DNA of 64,000 bases from Candidatus Omnitrophota bacterium (GCA_026387255.1 JAPLMA010000060.1:465-64464); one strand, 5' to 3'; counted from the first letter of the stretch, positions 19,133 to 31,373 are shown. Notes: a model not told the origin generated them from the letters alone. Translations and numbers: made by a program.

Positions 19133-20431
19133 ATGAATATATCAATTATTGGGTCTGGTTATGTGGGTTTAGTTTCCGGGGCTTGTTTTGCCCAGCTCGG
19201 TAACCAGGTTATTTGCGCGGATAATGATGCCAAAAAAATTAGCAATCTTAAAAAAGGTATTATTCCTATCTTTGAACCAGGATTAGAAGAGCTGATTGTG
19301 AGTAATTTAAAGAAGAAACGGCTTAAATTCACCTCTAACATAACTGAGGCAGTAAAGTCAAGTGAAGTAATTTTTATTGCCGTAGGCACTCCGGCGTTGG
19401 AAAATGGAGAAGCGGATTTAACCGGAGTAGAGCATGTGGCGCGCTCGATCGCTGTGAATATGGATGGTTATCGGCTGATTGTGGAAAAATCTACTGTTCC
19501 GGTAGAGACCTGCGCCTGGATTAAGAAGACTGTGGCTACTTACATTAAAAAGAAACATAAATTTGATGTAGTTTCTAACCCGGAGTTTTTGCGCGAGGGT
19601 TCAGCGATAAATGATTTTAATCATCCTGACCGGATTGTTTTGGGCTTAGAGACTCCTAAGGCCAAGCGGATAATGACGAGTTTATATCAGCCTTTAAATC
19701 GGCCGATTTTGGTGACGAATATAAAATCCGCGGAACTGATTAAGCATGCCTCTAATGCCTTCCTGGCGACTAAGATTTCATTTATCAATGCGATTGCCCG
19801 TATTTGCGATAAGGTGGGCGCGGATGTTAAAGAGGTGGCTTGCGGCATGGGTTTAGATAATCGTATCGGCCGCAATTTTTTGCACGCTGGAATTGGTTAT
19901 GGCGGTTCTTGTTTTCCTAAAGACCTGGAGGCCTTTATTACGATTGCTGAGAAATTAGGTTATGATTTTAGAATCCTTAAAGCCGTAAGAAATACCAATC
20001 AGGAGCAGAAGGTTTTTGTTTTACAGAAAATTAAAGATGCCTTGTGGATTATTCGAAATAAAACGATTGCTGTTTTAGGCTTGTCCTTTAAACCGGACAC
20101 CGATGATTTAAGAAATTCTCCGGGTATTGATTTGATCAACGCGTTAATTCAGGAAGGCGCAAAAATCAAGGTCTATGACCCTCAATCCATGGAAAAGGCC
20201 AGAAAAATCCTGAAAAATGTTATTTTTTGTAAAGATGCGTATCAAACTGCCGAAGGCGCCGATTGCCTTATCCTGGCCACCGAATGGAATGAATTTAAAG
20301 AGTTGGATTTTATAAGATTGAAAAAAAAGTTAAAACGCGCGCTGATTGTTGACGGCAGGAATATTTATGATCCTAAATTGCTTAGGGGTTTGGGCTTTAC
20401 CTATATCGGAGTGGGAAGAGGAAATGAATAA
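19133..20431 (+). CDS. ugd: UDP-glucose 6-dehydrogenase
   Basis: GSGYVG, SNPEFLREG, GYGGSCFPKD. Confidence 0.93.
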   Translation: MNISIIGSGYVGLVSGACFAQLGNQVICADNDAKKISNLKKGIIPIFEPGLEELIVSNLKKKRLKFTSNITEAVKSSEVIFIAVGTPALENGEADLTGVEHVARSIAVNMDGYRLIVEKSTVPVETCAWIKKTVATYIKKKHKFDVVSNPEFLREGSAINDFNHPDRIVLGLETPKAKRIMTSLYQPLNRPILVTNIKSAELIKHASNAFLATKISFINAIARICDKVGADVKEVACGMGLDNRIGRNFLHAGIGYGGSCFPKDLEAFITIAEKLGYDFRILKAVRNTNQEQKVFVLQKIKDALWIIRNKTIAVLGLSFKPDTDDLRNSPGIDLINALIQEGAKIKVYDPQSMEKARKILKNVIFCKDAYQTAEGADCLILATEWNEFKELDFIRLKKKLKRALIVDGRNIYDPKLLRGLGFTYIGVGRGNE

Positions 20432-21734
20432 AATTTTATTGAATTTAGATAAAAAAATAAAAAATAAACAGATAAAAATTGCCGTAGTTGGTTTGGGTTA
20501 TGTTGGATTTCCTCTGGCTTTAGAATTTGTCAAAAAAAAGGTTAAGGTAGTGGGAATTGAAATTGATACTCATCGTCTGAAATCTATTGCTCAGCGCAAA
20601 TCTTATATCAGTGATATAAGTAATCATGAGTTAACCGCGATGTTATCGAGCGGATATTTTAAGGCGAGCAGGAGTTTTGCGGATATTGCGCAAGCCGATT
20701 GTGTTTTAATCTGTGTTCCTACTCCTTTGAAAGGAAAATATCTTCCGGATATTTCTTTTATCAGGAATGCCGTTAGTCAGGTTGCTTTGCATCTAAAAAA
20801 TGGCGCGTTAGTAATTTTAGAGAGTACGACCTATCCCGGGACAACCGAAGAAGAAATTTTACCGATTTTTCAAAATCTCGGGTTTAGGCATGCCAAAGAT
20901 TTCTACCTTTGTTTTTCACCGGAAAGAATTGATCCGGGTAATAAGAAATTTCCCGTGCATAAGATCCCCAAGGTTATTGGCGGGCTTACTCCTTTAGCCA
21001 CGCAACTGGCAATGGCAGTTTACCGGATTATCATTAAGCAGGTTGTCCCGGTAAGCAGTTGTCGGGCCGCCGAAACTGTGAAGCTACTGGAGAATACCTT
21101 CCGCTTAATTAATATCGGTTTGATTGATGAGCTATCGATGATGGCGCATCAGATGAAAATTGATATCTGGGAGGTTGTCCAAGCCGCCAGCACTAAGCCC
21201 TTTGGTTTTATGCCTTTTTATCCCGGCCCAGGCGTGGGTGGCCACTGCATTCCAAAAGACCCTTTGTATTTGCATTGGAAGGCCAAGAGTTTTGGTTTTC
21301 ATTCGCGCTTTATTAAACTGGCTTCTCATGTCATAAATTATATGCCTGAATATATCGTCAAAAGGATTAAAGAGGCTTTTGCGCGCAGGGGAAAAAAACT
21401 AAAGGGTGCGAAAATATTAGTGATTGGGGTAACTTATAAAAAAGATATTAAAGATTTACGTAAATCACCGAGCATTGATGTAATCAATAGCCTAAAAAGA
21501 CAAGGTGTTAAAATCTCCTATGCGGATCCACTGATACCATATCTTAAGCTTGAAGGGCTGGATTTAAAATCCGTGGGTTTAAGTGCTAATAAAATTAAAG
21601 AATTCGATTGTTGTCTTATTGCTACGGACCATACCAAAGTTAATTATGCTGCTTTATTAAAAAATGCAAAATTTATTTTTGATTCCAGGAATGTTTATCA
21701 AGGAAATCATACAGAAAAGGTGGAGAGGCTATGA
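20424..21734 (+). CDS. UDP-N-acetylhexosamine dehydrogenase (WecC/WbpA family)
   Basis: GLGYVG, ESTTYPGTT, SPERIDPGN, GVGGHCIP; ATG 20424 overlaps the ugd stop. Confidence 0.88.
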   Translation: MNKILLNLDKKIKNKQIKIAVVGLGYVGFPLALEFVKKKVKVVGIEIDTHRLKSIAQRKSYISDISNHELTAMLSSGYFKASRSFADIAQADCVLICVPTPLKGKYLPDISFIRNAVSQVALHLKNGALVILESTTYPGTTEEEILPIFQNLGFRHAKDFYLCFSPERIDPGNKKFPVHKIPKVIGGLTPLATQLAMAVYRIIIKQVVPVSSCRAAETVKLLENTFRLINIGLIDELSMMAHQMKIDIWEVVQAASTKPFGFMPFYPGPGVGGHCIPKDPLYLHWKAKSFGFHSRFIKLASHVINYMPEYIVKRIKEAFARRGKKLKGAKILVIGVTYKKDIKDLRKSPSIDVINSLKRQGVKISYADPLIPYLKLEGLDLKSVGLSANKIKEFDCCLIATDHTKVNYAALLKNAKFIFDSRNVYQGNHTEKVERL

Positions 21735-22666
21735 GCAGGTTTTTGGTTACTGGTGGGGCGGGTTTTATTGGTTCGCATATTGTGGAGGCATTGGTTAAAC
21801 AAGGCCAAGATGTGCGGATTTTGGATAATTTTTCCAGTGGAAAAATGCGCAATCTTAAGGGTTTAGAAAAAAAGATTGACTTAGTTAAGGGGGATATTTG
21901 TTCAGCGACGACTTGTATTAAAGCAACCAAACACATGGATTTTGTTTTACATCAGGCGGCCTTAAGGAGCGTGCCTAAAAGCATGGTTGAGCCACATGCC
22001 TATAATCGTGTCAATATTGATGGAACACTTAATATGCTCGAGGCTTCCCGGCAGAATAAGGTAAAACGTTTTGTTTTTGCCTCATCTAGTTCTGTTTATG
22101 GAGAAGTAAACGATTACCCGGAAAAGGAAAACTTTATTCCTAGCCCGATCTCACCTTATGCCCTAAGTAAATTAACCGGTGAATATTATTGTAAGATATT
22201 CAGTTTGCATTATGGCTTACCTACAGTTGCCTTACGCTATTTTAATGTCTTTGGGCCGCGCCAAGCCCTGGATGATGATTATGCGGTAGTCATCCCTAAG
22301 TTTATTAATTGTTTACTTAAGAATCAGCCTCCTCCGATCTTTGGTAATGGCCGGCAGTCTCGAGATTTTACATTTGTACAGAATGTGGTGAGCGCCAATT
22401 TACTTGCCGTCGCAGCCGGTAAAGTTAAATATGGAGTTTTTAATATTGCCGGAGGCAAAGATACCTCGGTTCTGAATTTAGTTAAAATTCTAAATCAGAT
22501 TCTAAGCAAAGATATTCCTCCCAGGTTACTCCCCAAGCGGCCCGGGGATGTATTTAGAACATTAGCGGATATTAGAAAAGCCGCTCAGTTATTAAATTTT
22601 AAACCGAAAGTTAATTTTATTGATGGATTAAAAATTACGGTTAATTTTTGGAAAGAAAATGCCTAA
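21731..22666 (+). CDS. NAD-dependent nucleotide-sugar epimerase (WbpP-like)
   Basis: [35 protein letters not shown]. Confidence 0.88.
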   Translation: MSRFLVTGGAGFIGSHIVEALVKQGQDVRILDNFSSGKMRNLKGLEKKIDLVKGDICSATTCIKATKHMDFVLHQAALRSVPKSMVEPHAYNRVNIDGTLNMLEASRQNKVKRFVFASSSSVYGEVNDYPEKENFIPSPISPYALSKLTGEYYCKIFSLHYGLPTVALRYFNVFGPRQALDDDYAVVIPKFINCLLKNQPPPIFGNGRQSRDFTFVQNVVSANLLAVAAGKVKYGVFNIAGGKDTSVLNLVKILNQILSKDIPPRLLPKRPGDVFRTLADIRKAAQLLNFKPKVNFIDGLKITVNFWKENA

Positions 22667-23591
22667 GCAGACTGTTTTGATTACCGGAGGCGCGGGTTTT
22701 ATTGGCTCGCATTTATGCCTTAAGCTGCTGTCGAGCAATTATAAAGTCATTTGCCTGGATAATTTTATTACCGGTAGTCGGGATAATCTAAAAACCTTTA
22801 TCCGAAATAAAAATTTTCGTTTAGAGGTCTGTAATGTTTCAAATTATATTGATATTCCCGGTAAAATAGACTATGTTTTACACTGCGCTTCATTAGCGTC
22901 TCCGAAGGATTATTTAGATTTTCCGATTCAGACTTTAAAGGTGGGCTCTTTAGGTACGCATAATGCTTTAGGCTTAGCTAAAAAGAAAAAAGCTGTTTTT
23001 ATGCTTTTTTCTACATCAGAAGTTTATGGAGATCCTCTGGAGCATCCCCAAAAAGAAAGCTATTGGGGTCATGTGAACCCTGTTGGGGTGCGTGGCTGCT
23101 ATGATGAATCTAAGCGGTTTGCCGAGGCGATCACGATGGCCTATTACCGTGTGCACAAATTGGATACCAAGATTGTGCGTATTTTTAATACCTATGGGCC
23201 AAGAATGCGTCATAATGATGGCCGGGTGGTGCCTAATTTTATTGATCAGGCTCTAAAAGGTAAGGCGCTAACGGTTTATGGAGGAGGCCAACAGACGAGA
23301 AGTTTCTGTTATATTGATGATTTAGTTGATGGTATATTGCGTTTAATGCTCTCTGATCAAAATTTACCGATTAACTTGGGCAATCCTCATGAGTTTACTA
23401 TTCTACAATTGGTAAAAATAGTTTTAAAATTAACTGGTTCTAAAAGTAGAGTTGTCTTTAGAAAATTACCCCAAGATGATCCCCAACAGCGCCAGCCGGA
23501 TATCACTAAAGCTAAGAAACTTCTTGCTTGGGAACCGATGGTCTCCCTAGAGGATGGGTTAGAGCGTACCATATCCTGGTTCAGAAGATAA
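22659..23591 (+). CDS. UDP-glucuronate decarboxylase (UDP-xylose synthase family)
   Basis: [42 protein letters not shown]. Confidence 0.92.
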   Translation: MPKQTVLITGGAGFIGSHLCLKLLSSNYKVICLDNFITGSRDNLKTFIRNKNFRLEVCNVSNYIDIPGKIDYVLHCASLASPKDYLDFPIQTLKVGSLGTHNALGLAKKKKAVFMLFSTSEVYGDPLEHPQKESYWGHVNPVGVRGCYDESKRFAEAITMAYYRVHKLDTKIVRIFNTYGPRMRHNDGRVVPNFIDQALKGKALTVYGGGQQTRSFCYIDDLVDGILRLMLSDQNLPINLGNPHEFTILQLVKIVLKLTGSKSRVVFRKLPQDDPQQRQPDITKAKKLLAWEPMVSLEDGLERTISWFRR

Positions 23592-23607
23592 ATTTAGGCC
23601 CCTTTCC

Positions 23608-23637
23608 TTGACAATGCCATCGGGTATATGTTATACT
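23608..23637 (+). promoter_or_regulatory. sigma70-type promoter of the cvpA-nif3-dnaG-rpoD block
   Basis: TTGACA-18 bp-TATACT with TG extension. Confidence 0.6.
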
Positions 23638-23708
23638 TCTTGATAAATTTAAATTTAGCCTGCTTAAGGCAGGTAAGCGCTTTAATCGTTTAGAAAGAGG
23701 TAAATATT

Positions 23709-24290
23709 ATGATTCTAGAGATAATCGCAAAGTTTAATTTTTTGGATTATATTATTCTAATTGTTTTATTTAGAATATGTTACATTGCTGCTAAAATGGG
23801 CCTACCCGTTGAGATCTTCAAATTCTCAGGAGCAATGTTTTCTATCTATATCGCGTTACATTATTACACCACTCTTTCGAATCTTATTCAGAGCCGTTTT
23901 ATGCCTAAAGAGATGTCTTTAGGGTTTATGGATTTTATAATTTTTCTTTTTTTAATTATATTAGGGTATTTATGTTTTGTAGTCTTGCGCAGCGTCCTTT
24001 CCCGTTTTATACAATTGAATGCTGTTCCTAAAATTAGTCAATGTTTAGGATTAATTTTAGGCATCGGGCGGGGTTTTCTGGTTATCGGTTTGTTATCTTT
24101 TACTTTGGTTATTTCTAACATTACTTATCTTAACAATTCGGTAAAACACTCTTATTTGGGCAGTAAGGCTTTTGTAATTCTACCTCAGACATACGGTTGG
24201 CTTTGGAATAATATTTTTTCTAAGTTTTCCACTCAAGAAAAATTTAATCCCGCCGTTACGCAAGTCACGGAGAAATTTAAACACAAATGA
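23709..24290 (+). CDS. CvpA-family membrane protein
   Basis: LDYIIL...G...E pattern, four hydrophobic segments, LGLILGIGRG. Confidence 0.7.
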   Translation: MILEIIAKFNFLDYIILIVLFRICYIAAKMGLPVEIFKFSGAMFSIYIALHYYTTLSNLIQSRFMPKEMSLGFMDFIIFLFLIILGYLCFVVLRSVLSRFIQLNAVPKISQCLGLILGIGRGFLVIGLLSFTLVISNITYLNNSVKHSYLGSKAFVILPQTYGWLWNNIFSKFSTQEKFNPAVTQVTEKFKHK

Positions 24291-25171
24291 AATTAATTAA
24301 TTTTTATAACCAGGTAGTGAATTTTGGCCGTTTAGCTGACCCGCGTAAGGATAAGCAGAGAATAAAATCATTCCCAGATTCGGCAATTCTTTTTGGTAAG
24401 CCTAATTTAGAGATTAAGAAGATTATGGTGGGCATTGATATTGAAGTGGCGGAGCTCCTGCTGGCGGATCGCATTCGCCAAAGGGAAGGATTGGATTTGG
24501 TAATTGCGCATCATCCTGAAGGAAAAGCCTACGCAGGTCTGCCTGAGGTAATGCGGCTACAGATTGATCTTTTAACTCAAGCTGGAGTTGCGCAGAAGAC
24601 GGCTACCAAGTTACTACAAGAGCGGATGGCACAAGTAGAACGTAGGGTATTGCCGCAGAATCATACTCGGCCGGTGGATGCGGCCAGATTATTGAATATG
24701 CCCTTTATGAATATGCACACACCAGCAGATAATCACGTATATAGGTATTTAGAGGCTATTTTTAACCAGAAAGCTAACCGGGCGGGGTTGCTCCAGGATG
24801 TAGTAAAGATACTGAATACTATACCGGAATATCAGATTGCCCAGAAGTTTAATACTGGACCGCGTATAATTTTAGGTAATCCTAGACGGCCGACAGGTAA
24901 AATTTTGTTTGAGATGACCGGAGGGACCGAAGGGTCAGTTGATGTTTTTGATAAATTATATAAGGCTGGGGTAAGAACTTTAATCTCGATGCATTTAAGT
25001 GAAGAACATTTTAAAAAGGTTAAAAATGCTAATTTAAATGTGGTTATTGCCGGGCATATATCAAGCGATACCCTGGGGTTAAACCTACTTTTGGATAAGA
25101 TCGAGAAATCAGCAAAACAGAATTTTGAAGTTATCGCTTGTTCCGGTTTTACCAGGATAAAGAGAAAGTAA
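24287..25171 (+). CDS. NIF3 (NGG1p-interacting factor)-like metal-binding protein
   Basis: GIDIE, IAHHPEG, HTPADN, MHLSEEH, AGHISSD. Confidence 0.75.
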   Translation: MKLINFYNQVVNFGRLADPRKDKQRIKSFPDSAILFGKPNLEIKKIMVGIDIEVAELLLADRIRQREGLDLVIAHHPEGKAYAGLPEVMRLQIDLLTQAGVAQKTATKLLQERMAQVERRVLPQNHTRPVDAARLLNMPFMNMHTPADNHVYRYLEAIFNQKANRAGLLQDVVKILNTIPEYQIAQKFNTGPRIILGNPRRPTGKILFEMTGGTEGSVDVFDKLYKAGVRTLISMHLSEEHFKKVKNANLNVVIAGHISSDTLGLNLLLDKIEKSAKQNFEVIACSGFTRIKRK

Positions 25172-25173
25172 AA

Positions 25174-26934
25174 ATGTCGGGGCGTATTCCTGAAAATTTA
25201 CTCGAAGACATACTTGGCCGGGTGGATCTCGTTGAGATGATCTCTGGCTATATTCCTTTGAAGAAGGCGGGAAGTAATTTTAAGGCCAACTGTCCGTTTC
25301 ATCATGAAAAGACTGCTTCTTTTATGGTTTCCCCTGAGCGCCAGATTTATCATTGTTTTGGCTGCGGTGAGTCGGGCAATGCCTTTAAATTTCTTATGCG
25401 CCATGAACGGATGGAATTCCCCGAGGCGGTTGAAATATTGGCTAAAAAGTGTGGAGTGAGCCTACCTGATCAGGATAAGCCAGAGTTAGCCAGGGCAGCG
25501 AGTTTAAATAGTCAATTGTATAAAGTTAATGAGCTGGCAGTAAATTTTTATGAAAATAATCTCCATAGTGGTAGCCTTGCGTTAAATTATTTGATCAACA
25601 GAGGGGTTAAGCTTGGAACGATAAAAGAGTTTCATTTGGGGTTAGCTACTTCTGGCTGGGATAATCTAATTAATTTTTTAAGGAGCAAGAATGTCAGCCT
25701 GGCGCTTCTGGAGCAAGCGGGTTTGGTGCTCCCTAAGGAATCGGGCGGTTATTATGATCGTTTCCGTAATCGTATTATTTTTCCTGTTTTTGATCTGCGC
25801 AGCCGCATGATCGGATTTGGCGCCAGAGTAATGGATAATAGCTTGCCTAAATATATCAATTCTCCGGAGACGCCGGTTTACGTAAAAGGCAAAAATCTTT
25901 TTGGTTTAAATTTATCCAAGGATTTTATACGGGATGCGGATAGCGCCGTAATCGTGGAAGGTTACCTGGATTTTATGATTCCTTATCAAGAGGGGTTAAA
26001 AAATATCGTCGCTTCGCAGGGAACTGCGCTTACTTTGGAGCAGATTAAACTGCTTAAGCGTTATACGCATAATGTAGTGATGATCTATGATGGTGACACT
26101 GCCGGAGAAATAGCTACCTTAAGGAGCTTAGATCTACTTATTGATGAAGGTATAAATGTAAAAGTTGTTCCTTTGCCTAAAGGGACGGATCCCGATGCAT
26201 TGGTACGCAGTGAGGGAATTAATACTTTAAAAGATAAGGTCAAAAAAGCGGAAAGCTTTTTTGATTATAAACTGGATGTTTTAAGGAGCCGTTATGATAT
26301 AAAAGATGCGCACGGTAAAACCAAAATTGCTTCTGAAATGCTCTTAACGATAAATAAATTTGATAATGCTATTCTCAGGGGGGAGTATACTAAAAGATTA
26401 TCTGAAGTGATGTGTATACCGGAGCAGTATATTCTTGAAGAGCTGGGAAAATTAAAGCCTGCTGATTCCAGATCTGCGGGTCAACCCGTTTCTTCGGCAA
26501 AAAAGCAGATTCAGATTAATCCGGCGGAGAAGCTTTTGATTAAATTCATGCTCGAGGAAAAAGAAATGATTGAAAAAATTATGCAGCAGTTATCGCCTGC
26601 TGATTTTGCGGATACGCGTACTGCTAAAATTGTTTCCGTAATACAGAATTTGGTTCTGGAGGGTAAAAATATCACTCCCAGCGTACTGATGAATTATTTT
26701 AGCGAAGATGATGCTAGTCAATTAGTTTGTGAAACCATGTTTATGCCGGCCCTTGACGACCAGGGCAGAGAAAAAGCGGTTAATGATTGTATAACGCGGA
26801 TTAAGATTCAAAGAAAAAAAACCCAACGTGAACATCTGCACCTACAGATTAAAAGCGCCCAATCTCTGGGTGATGAGGGGAAATTAAATAGTCTTATTCA
26901 AGAATTTCATAATCTTATAAAGAAAGGCGATTAA
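25174..26934 (+). CDS. dnaG: DNA primase
   Basis: [16 protein letters not shown] zinc finger, PKYINSPET, Toprim VEGYLD/YDGD. Confidence 0.96.
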   Translation: MSGRIPENLLEDILGRVDLVEMISGYIPLKKAGSNFKANCPFHHEKTASFMVSPERQIYHCFGCGESGNAFKFLMRHERMEFPEAVEILAKKCGVSLPDQDKPELARAASLNSQLYKVNELAVNFYENNLHSGSLALNYLINRGVKLGTIKEFHLGLATSGWDNLINFLRSKNVSLALLEQAGLVLPKESGGYYDRFRNRIIFPVFDLRSRMIGFGARVMDNSLPKYINSPETPVYVKGKNLFGLNLSKDFIRDADSAVIVEGYLDFMIPYQEGLKNIVASQGTALTLEQIKLLKRYTHNVVMIYDGDTAGEIATLRSLDLLIDEGINVKVVPLPKGTDPDALVRSEGINTLKDKVKKAESFFDYKLDVLRSRYDIKDAHGKTKIASEMLLTINKFDNAILRGEYTKRLSEVMCIPEQYILEELGKLKPADSRSAGQPVSSAKKQIQINPAEKLLIKFMLEEKEMIEKIMQQLSPADFADTRTAKIVSVIQNLVLEGKNITPSVLMNYFSEDDASQLVCETMFMPALDDQGREKAVNDCITRIKIQRKKTQREHLHLQIKSAQSLGDEGKLNSLIQEFHNLIKKGD

Positions 26935-26936
26935 GT

Positions 26937-28496
26937 ATGAAGAAGAATCCACTGCAGCCGACTAAAGACATGGAAAAGCTGATTGCCCTGGGAAAGCAAA
27001 AGGGTTTCTTAACCTATGATGAAGTTAATGATTTATTACCGGAAGATCTTTCCAGTACGGTAGCCATTGATCATCTTTTTGAATTACTGGGTAATGAAGA
27101 TATCCAAGTGGTTGAGGGTGAAGCTGACGCGGGTTTATCGGCAAACCGGGTTTCACAACAGGATAAGCAAAATTTAGTACAGCAACGGGAAGAGTTGCTC
27201 ACCGAACAACTCAAAAGTGAAGAACGGTTTATGCCTTTGGACGACCCAGTAAAAATGTATTTAAAACAAATGGGGTCGATTTCTCTGCTTAGCCGGGAAA
27301 ATGAAATTGAGTTAGCCAAGAAGATTGAGGATGCCGAAGATAAATTTAAACGTGCTGTTTTAGTAACTAAATTCGCACGGAACGAAATTTTAGTGGTGGC
27401 GGCTAATATCTTAGAAGATAAAATTAATATCGAGGAGGTAGTTAAAGAAGATATCCGGATAAAAAAAAGCAGCGTGATCGGTAGATTTAAGCGGCTTTTA
27501 GTTAAAATTAAACAAACGCGTAGTGACAGCAATGCGATAAATTTAATCTTGCAGCTTAATTTTACTACTTCCGTAATTGAAGCGGCGGTACGCAAGTTAA
27601 ATCCTTTGCTACGGGAGTTAGAGCACCTCAAACGTTTAAGCAAGAGAGATAATTTGCGCAGTCGCCAAATACTTAAAATACTGGCGCAGCCGTATAACAA
27701 AATTAAAGAGCAGATGAAGTTAGTGAAGACCGCTCATCTTAAGTTTAGCCGTACGAAAAAGAAATTAGTTGAAGCAAATTTGCGTCTGGTAGTAAGTATT
27801 GCAAAAAAATATACTAATCGCGGGCTTTCTTTTTTGGATTTAATCCAGGAAGGCAATATCGGACTGATGCGGGCTGTAGAAAAATTCGAATATAAGCGTG
27901 GCTATAAGTTCTCCACTTACGCCACCTGGTGGATTCGTCAGGCGATTACCCGTTCGATTGCGGATCAAGCCCGCACGATTAGAATACCCGTACATATGAC
28001 CGAAACGATCAACAAAATAATTCGTTTTTCTAGGGTTTTTGTCCAGAAAAACGGCCGGGAACCGACGCCGGAAGAGATTGCAGCTAAAATGCGTTTTCCG
28101 CAGGGCAAGATTAAATCTATATTAAAGATTGCCCAGGAACCCATATCATTACAGATGCCGATCGGCGATGAAGGGGATACGCATTTTGGAGATTTTATCC
28201 AGGATAAAAAAGCTGTTTCTCCGGCGAACGAAACTGTGCGGTCAATGTTAAAAGATGAAATGAATTCTGCTTTAGGTACGTTAACGGAAAGAGAAAAAAA
28301 GATTCTGGTTTTACGTTTTGGCATCCAAGATGGTTCTGCGCGTACCTTAGAAGAGGTAGGCAATGTTTTTAAGGTTACCCGTGAAAGAGTCAGGCAAATT
28401 GAGGCCAAGGCTTTAAAGAAACTTAGGCATCCGTCGCGTTCACGACGCTTGCGCACTTTTATGGACATGACTTTGGCACACCAGAGGGAATATTAG
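26937..28496 (+). CDS. rpoD: Primary sigma factor RpoD
   Basis: [42 protein letters not shown]. Confidence 0.97.
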   Translation: MKKNPLQPTKDMEKLIALGKQKGFLTYDEVNDLLPEDLSSTVAIDHLFELLGNEDIQVVEGEADAGLSANRVSQQDKQNLVQQREELLTEQLKSEERFMPLDDPVKMYLKQMGSISLLSRENEIELAKKIEDAEDKFKRAVLVTKFARNEILVVAANILEDKINIEEVVKEDIRIKKSSVIGRFKRLLVKIKQTRSDSNAINLILQLNFTTSVIEAAVRKLNPLLRELEHLKRLSKRDNLRSRQILKILAQPYNKIKEQMKLVKTAHLKFSRTKKKLVEANLRLVVSIAKKYTNRGLSFLDLIQEGNIGLMRAVEKFEYKRGYKFSTYATWWIRQAITRSIADQARTIRIPVHMTETINKIIRFSRVFVQKNGREPTPEEIAAKMRFPQGKIKSILKIAQEPISLQMPIGDEGDTHFGDFIQDKKAVSPANETVRSMLKDEMNSALGTLTEREKKILVLRFGIQDGSARTLEEVGNVFKVTRERVRQIEAKALKKLRHPSRSRRLRTFMDMTLAHQREY

Positions 28497-28545
28497 ATTA
28501 TAAAAAAAGAGGTTTAGGAATGACTTGTTTAAAAATAAGTCTAGG

Positions 28546-28577
28546 ACAGCTTCTTATATTTAAGGGGCTGTTTTTTT
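28546..28577 (+). terminator. Intrinsic terminator after rpoD
   Basis: ACAGCTTCTTA...TAAGGGGCTGT stem followed by a T-run. Confidence 0.7.
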
Positions 28578-28600
28578 GTTTATTAATTAACAGCTAATAA

Positions 28601-31279
28601 TTGAATATGCAAGATCCCAAGCAAAATAATTTCGAAACTACACTTGGCCTGCTGCGTAAAGTAGAGTTCCAGCAGAGAGCAATTTTGGATAATATTCCGG
28701 ATATTGCCTGGCTTAAAGATGTCCAAGGTAAATTTATTGCGGTTAATGAACCTTTTGCCAAGGCCTGTGGTTTTAGAATTGAGGAAATTATTGGTAAGAC
28801 TGATTTGGATATTTGGCCAAAAGAGTTGGCTTTAAGTTATCGTGCTGATGACCAAGAAGTAATGGATAGTAAAAAACGTAAATGTGTTCAGGAGAGGTTA
28901 ATCTATCAAAAGGGCGGAGAACAGTGGATTGAAACGATTAAGACTCCTTTTTTTGATGATCATGGCAAGGTAATCGGCACCACTGGAATCGCCAGAAATA
29001 TTACCCTGCATAAAAACGAGGCCGAAAGGCTAAAAGAAATTCGCGCAGAACTTGAGCTTCGAGTTAAGGTTAGGACTACGGAGTTGGTTAGTGCTAACGA
29101 AGCGCTACGAAAAGAAATCAGCGAGCGCAAAAAAATCGACGAGGAAATGCAACAGTTGTTGTCATTACAGAATGCAACGCTGGAGGCATCTCGGGATGGT
29201 ATTCTGGTTGTGAATTTTAATGGAAAAATTGTTAGCAATAATCGAAAATTTCTCCAACTCTGGAATATCCCTGACGATTTAATTTTAACTAGGGACGATC
29301 AGAAACTACTAGAATACGTTTTAGATCAACTAGTAGACTCTAAATCTTTTATTAATGAGGTGCAGCGACTATATAATAATCCTAAAGAAGAATCTTGCGA
29401 TATGCTGATGTTTAAGGATGGCCGCTTGTTTGAGAGGTTCTCCATGCCGCAAAAGATTAAAAATAAGATTGTGGGTCGAGTGTGGAGTTTTCGCGATGTT
29501 ACGCAAAATAAAAAATATGAAAATGAATTAAAGATTTACCATGAAAAGTTAGAGGTGTTGGTTCAACAACGAACACAATTATTAGAGGTGGAGATTGCCA
29601 CTAGAAGAGAGGCGGAGGAAAAGGCCAATATTTTGTATCAACAGTTAGAGTTTATCCTTGGAGCAACTAAAACTGGGTTGGATATTATTGATCAGGATTT
29701 TAATCTACGCTATGTAGATCCGGAGTGGGCGCGTAATTATGGTGATTGGAAGGGCAAAAAATGTTTCCAGTACTTTATGGATCGTAATAGCTTTTGTCTT
29801 AATTGTGCTATCCAGGAGGCTTTTAGAACAAAAAAAGTTGTGGTGAGCGAAGAAATTTTAGTGAAAGAGGGTAACCGGTTAATCCAGGTTACTTCCATGC
29901 CTTACCAGGATAAAAATGGCGAATGGTTGGTGGCTGAGGTAAATGTAGATATAACCCAAAAAAAGAAGATTGACGAAGAGCTTAATCGTTATCGTAATCA
30001 CTTAGAGCAACTGGTTGATAATCGTACGCGTGATCTTTTAGAGGAGACTATCAGATACAAAAATTCTGAATTCGAAAAAAGTAAAATAAACCGCGAGTTA
30101 CTTAAAACCAATAAAAAATTTAAAAGTATTTCACTGATTGACGTACATACCGGGCTGTATAACTATCGTTATTTGCAAGAGGAAATTGAGGTTGAATTCC
30201 ATCAGGCCAGAAGGTATGCTCAAAATTTAACCGTAATTATGCTGGATATCGATTATTTCAAATCGATCAATGATGTTTATGGAATTGCTTTTGGAGATTT
30301 AGTTTTAAAACAGTTAGCCAAACAGCTTAAACGCATGGTGCGGCGTTATGATATCCTTATCCGCTATAGCGGTGAGGAGTTTATCATTATTTCTCCCCGC
30401 TTAAACCGTAGCGCTGGCTTTCTTATGGCACAGAGGTTGTTAGATGCTTTGAATTATATCAACTTTGGAAATAAGAAACATAAGGTAAAATTAAAAATTA
30501 GTTTTTCCGTGGTTTCTTTTCCCGATGATCGGGCCAAAAATGGAATGGATTTAGTTAATCTGGCTGACCGATTATTGAATAAGGCCAAAGAAGGCGGAGG
30601 TAATCGCGCTTATTCTTCTTTAGATGTTAAAAATCCGTTCAGTAAAGGGATAGAAAAGATTTCTAAAGTAGTCGGGGTAAGAACTTTAAAAAATACGATT
30701 AATAAACTAAATAAACAGTCAAAACAGGGTTTAAGTGAATCAATCTTTGCTTTTGCTAAAACTCTGGAGTTAAAAGATCATTATACCGGTGAACATGTTA
30801 AAAACACGGTGTACTTTGCCATCGGAATAGCTAAAGAATTAAACTTATCTAGAGAAGATGTGGAATTAATTAAGCAGGCGGCAATGCTGCATGATTTAGG
30901 AAAAATTGGTATCAGCGAAAACATTTTACTTAAAAAAGGCAGACTTAATAAAAAGGAGTTTGCTGAGATTAAAAAACATCCTCAAATTGGCGCGGATATT
31001 ATCCGGCCGATTCAGTTTTTACATGATCTCATTCCGTTTATTTTCTATCATCATGAACGTTGGGATGGTAAAGGTTATCCTACCGGAATAAAGGGAGAGG
31101 ATATTCCGGTAGGTGCCAGGATAATTGCGATTGCTGATGTATATCAAGCCCTGATTAGCGATCGGCCATACCATAAGGCATTTACCAAAAATGCGGCAAT
31201 AGATATAATCCGAAAATCTTCTGGAACTCAATTTGACCCTCGTATTGTGAGCGCCTTTCTCAAGGTTGTGGGTAAATAA
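28601..31279 (+). CDS. PAS-PAS-PAS / GGDEF (SGEEF) / HD-GYP c-di-GMP signalling protein
   Basis: PAS/PAC repeats, DIDYFKSIND..RRYD..RYSGEEF, HDLGKIG, HHERWDGKGYP; alternative ATG at 28607. Confidence 0.9.
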   Translation: MNMQDPKQNNFETTLGLLRKVEFQQRAILDNIPDIAWLKDVQGKFIAVNEPFAKACGFRIEEIIGKTDLDIWPKELALSYRADDQEVMDSKKRKCVQERLIYQKGGEQWIETIKTPFFDDHGKVIGTTGIARNITLHKNEAERLKEIRAELELRVKVRTTELVSANEALRKEISERKKIDEEMQQLLSLQNATLEASRDGILVVNFNGKIVSNNRKFLQLWNIPDDLILTRDDQKLLEYVLDQLVDSKSFINEVQRLYNNPKEESCDMLMFKDGRLFERFSMPQKIKNKIVGRVWSFRDVTQNKKYENELKIYHEKLEVLVQQRTQLLEVEIATRREAEEKANILYQQLEFILGATKTGLDIIDQDFNLRYVDPEWARNYGDWKGKKCFQYFMDRNSFCLNCAIQEAFRTKKVVVSEEILVKEGNRLIQVTSMPYQDKNGEWLVAEVNVDITQKKKIDEELNRYRNHLEQLVDNRTRDLLEETIRYKNSEFEKSKINRELLKTNKKFKSISLIDVHTGLYNYRYLQEEIEVEFHQARRYAQNLTVIMLDIDYFKSINDVYGIAFGDLVLKQLAKQLKRMVRRYDILIRYSGEEFIIISPRLNRSAGFLMAQRLLDALNYINFGNKKHKVKLKISFSVVSFPDDRAKNGMDLVNLADRLLNKAKEGGGNRAYSSLDVKNPFSKGIEKISKVVGVRTLKNTINKLNKQSKQGLSESIFAFAKTLELKDHYTGEHVKNTVYFAIGIAKELNLSREDVELIKQAAMLHDLGKIGISENILLKKGRLNKKEFAEIKKHPQIGADIIRPIQFLHDLIPFIFYHHERWDGKGYPTGIKGEDIPVGARIIAIADVYQALISDRPYHKAFTKNAAIDIIRKSSGTQFDPRIVSAFLKVVGK

Positions 31280-31305
31280 AAGTAACCTATTTCATCTTAA
31301 TTTAA

Positions 31306-31373
31306 ATAAGTTTTAATTTGCTAAAAATGCCTAAAAATAGTAATATAAAGCATTGTTTTGGAAGCGATTTGGC
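31306..31373 (+). repeat. Promoter-containing direct repeat, copy 1
   Basis: 58/68 identical, ungapped, to 33886-33953; contains TTGCTA-17 bp-TAATAT. Confidence 0.8.

Noticed and set aside
27071-28468. Long antisense ORFs (209 and 167 aa) in rpoD, and similar shadows in dnaK, aroF and tsaD
   Set aside because: Typical antisense shadows of conserved genes; no independent coding signal
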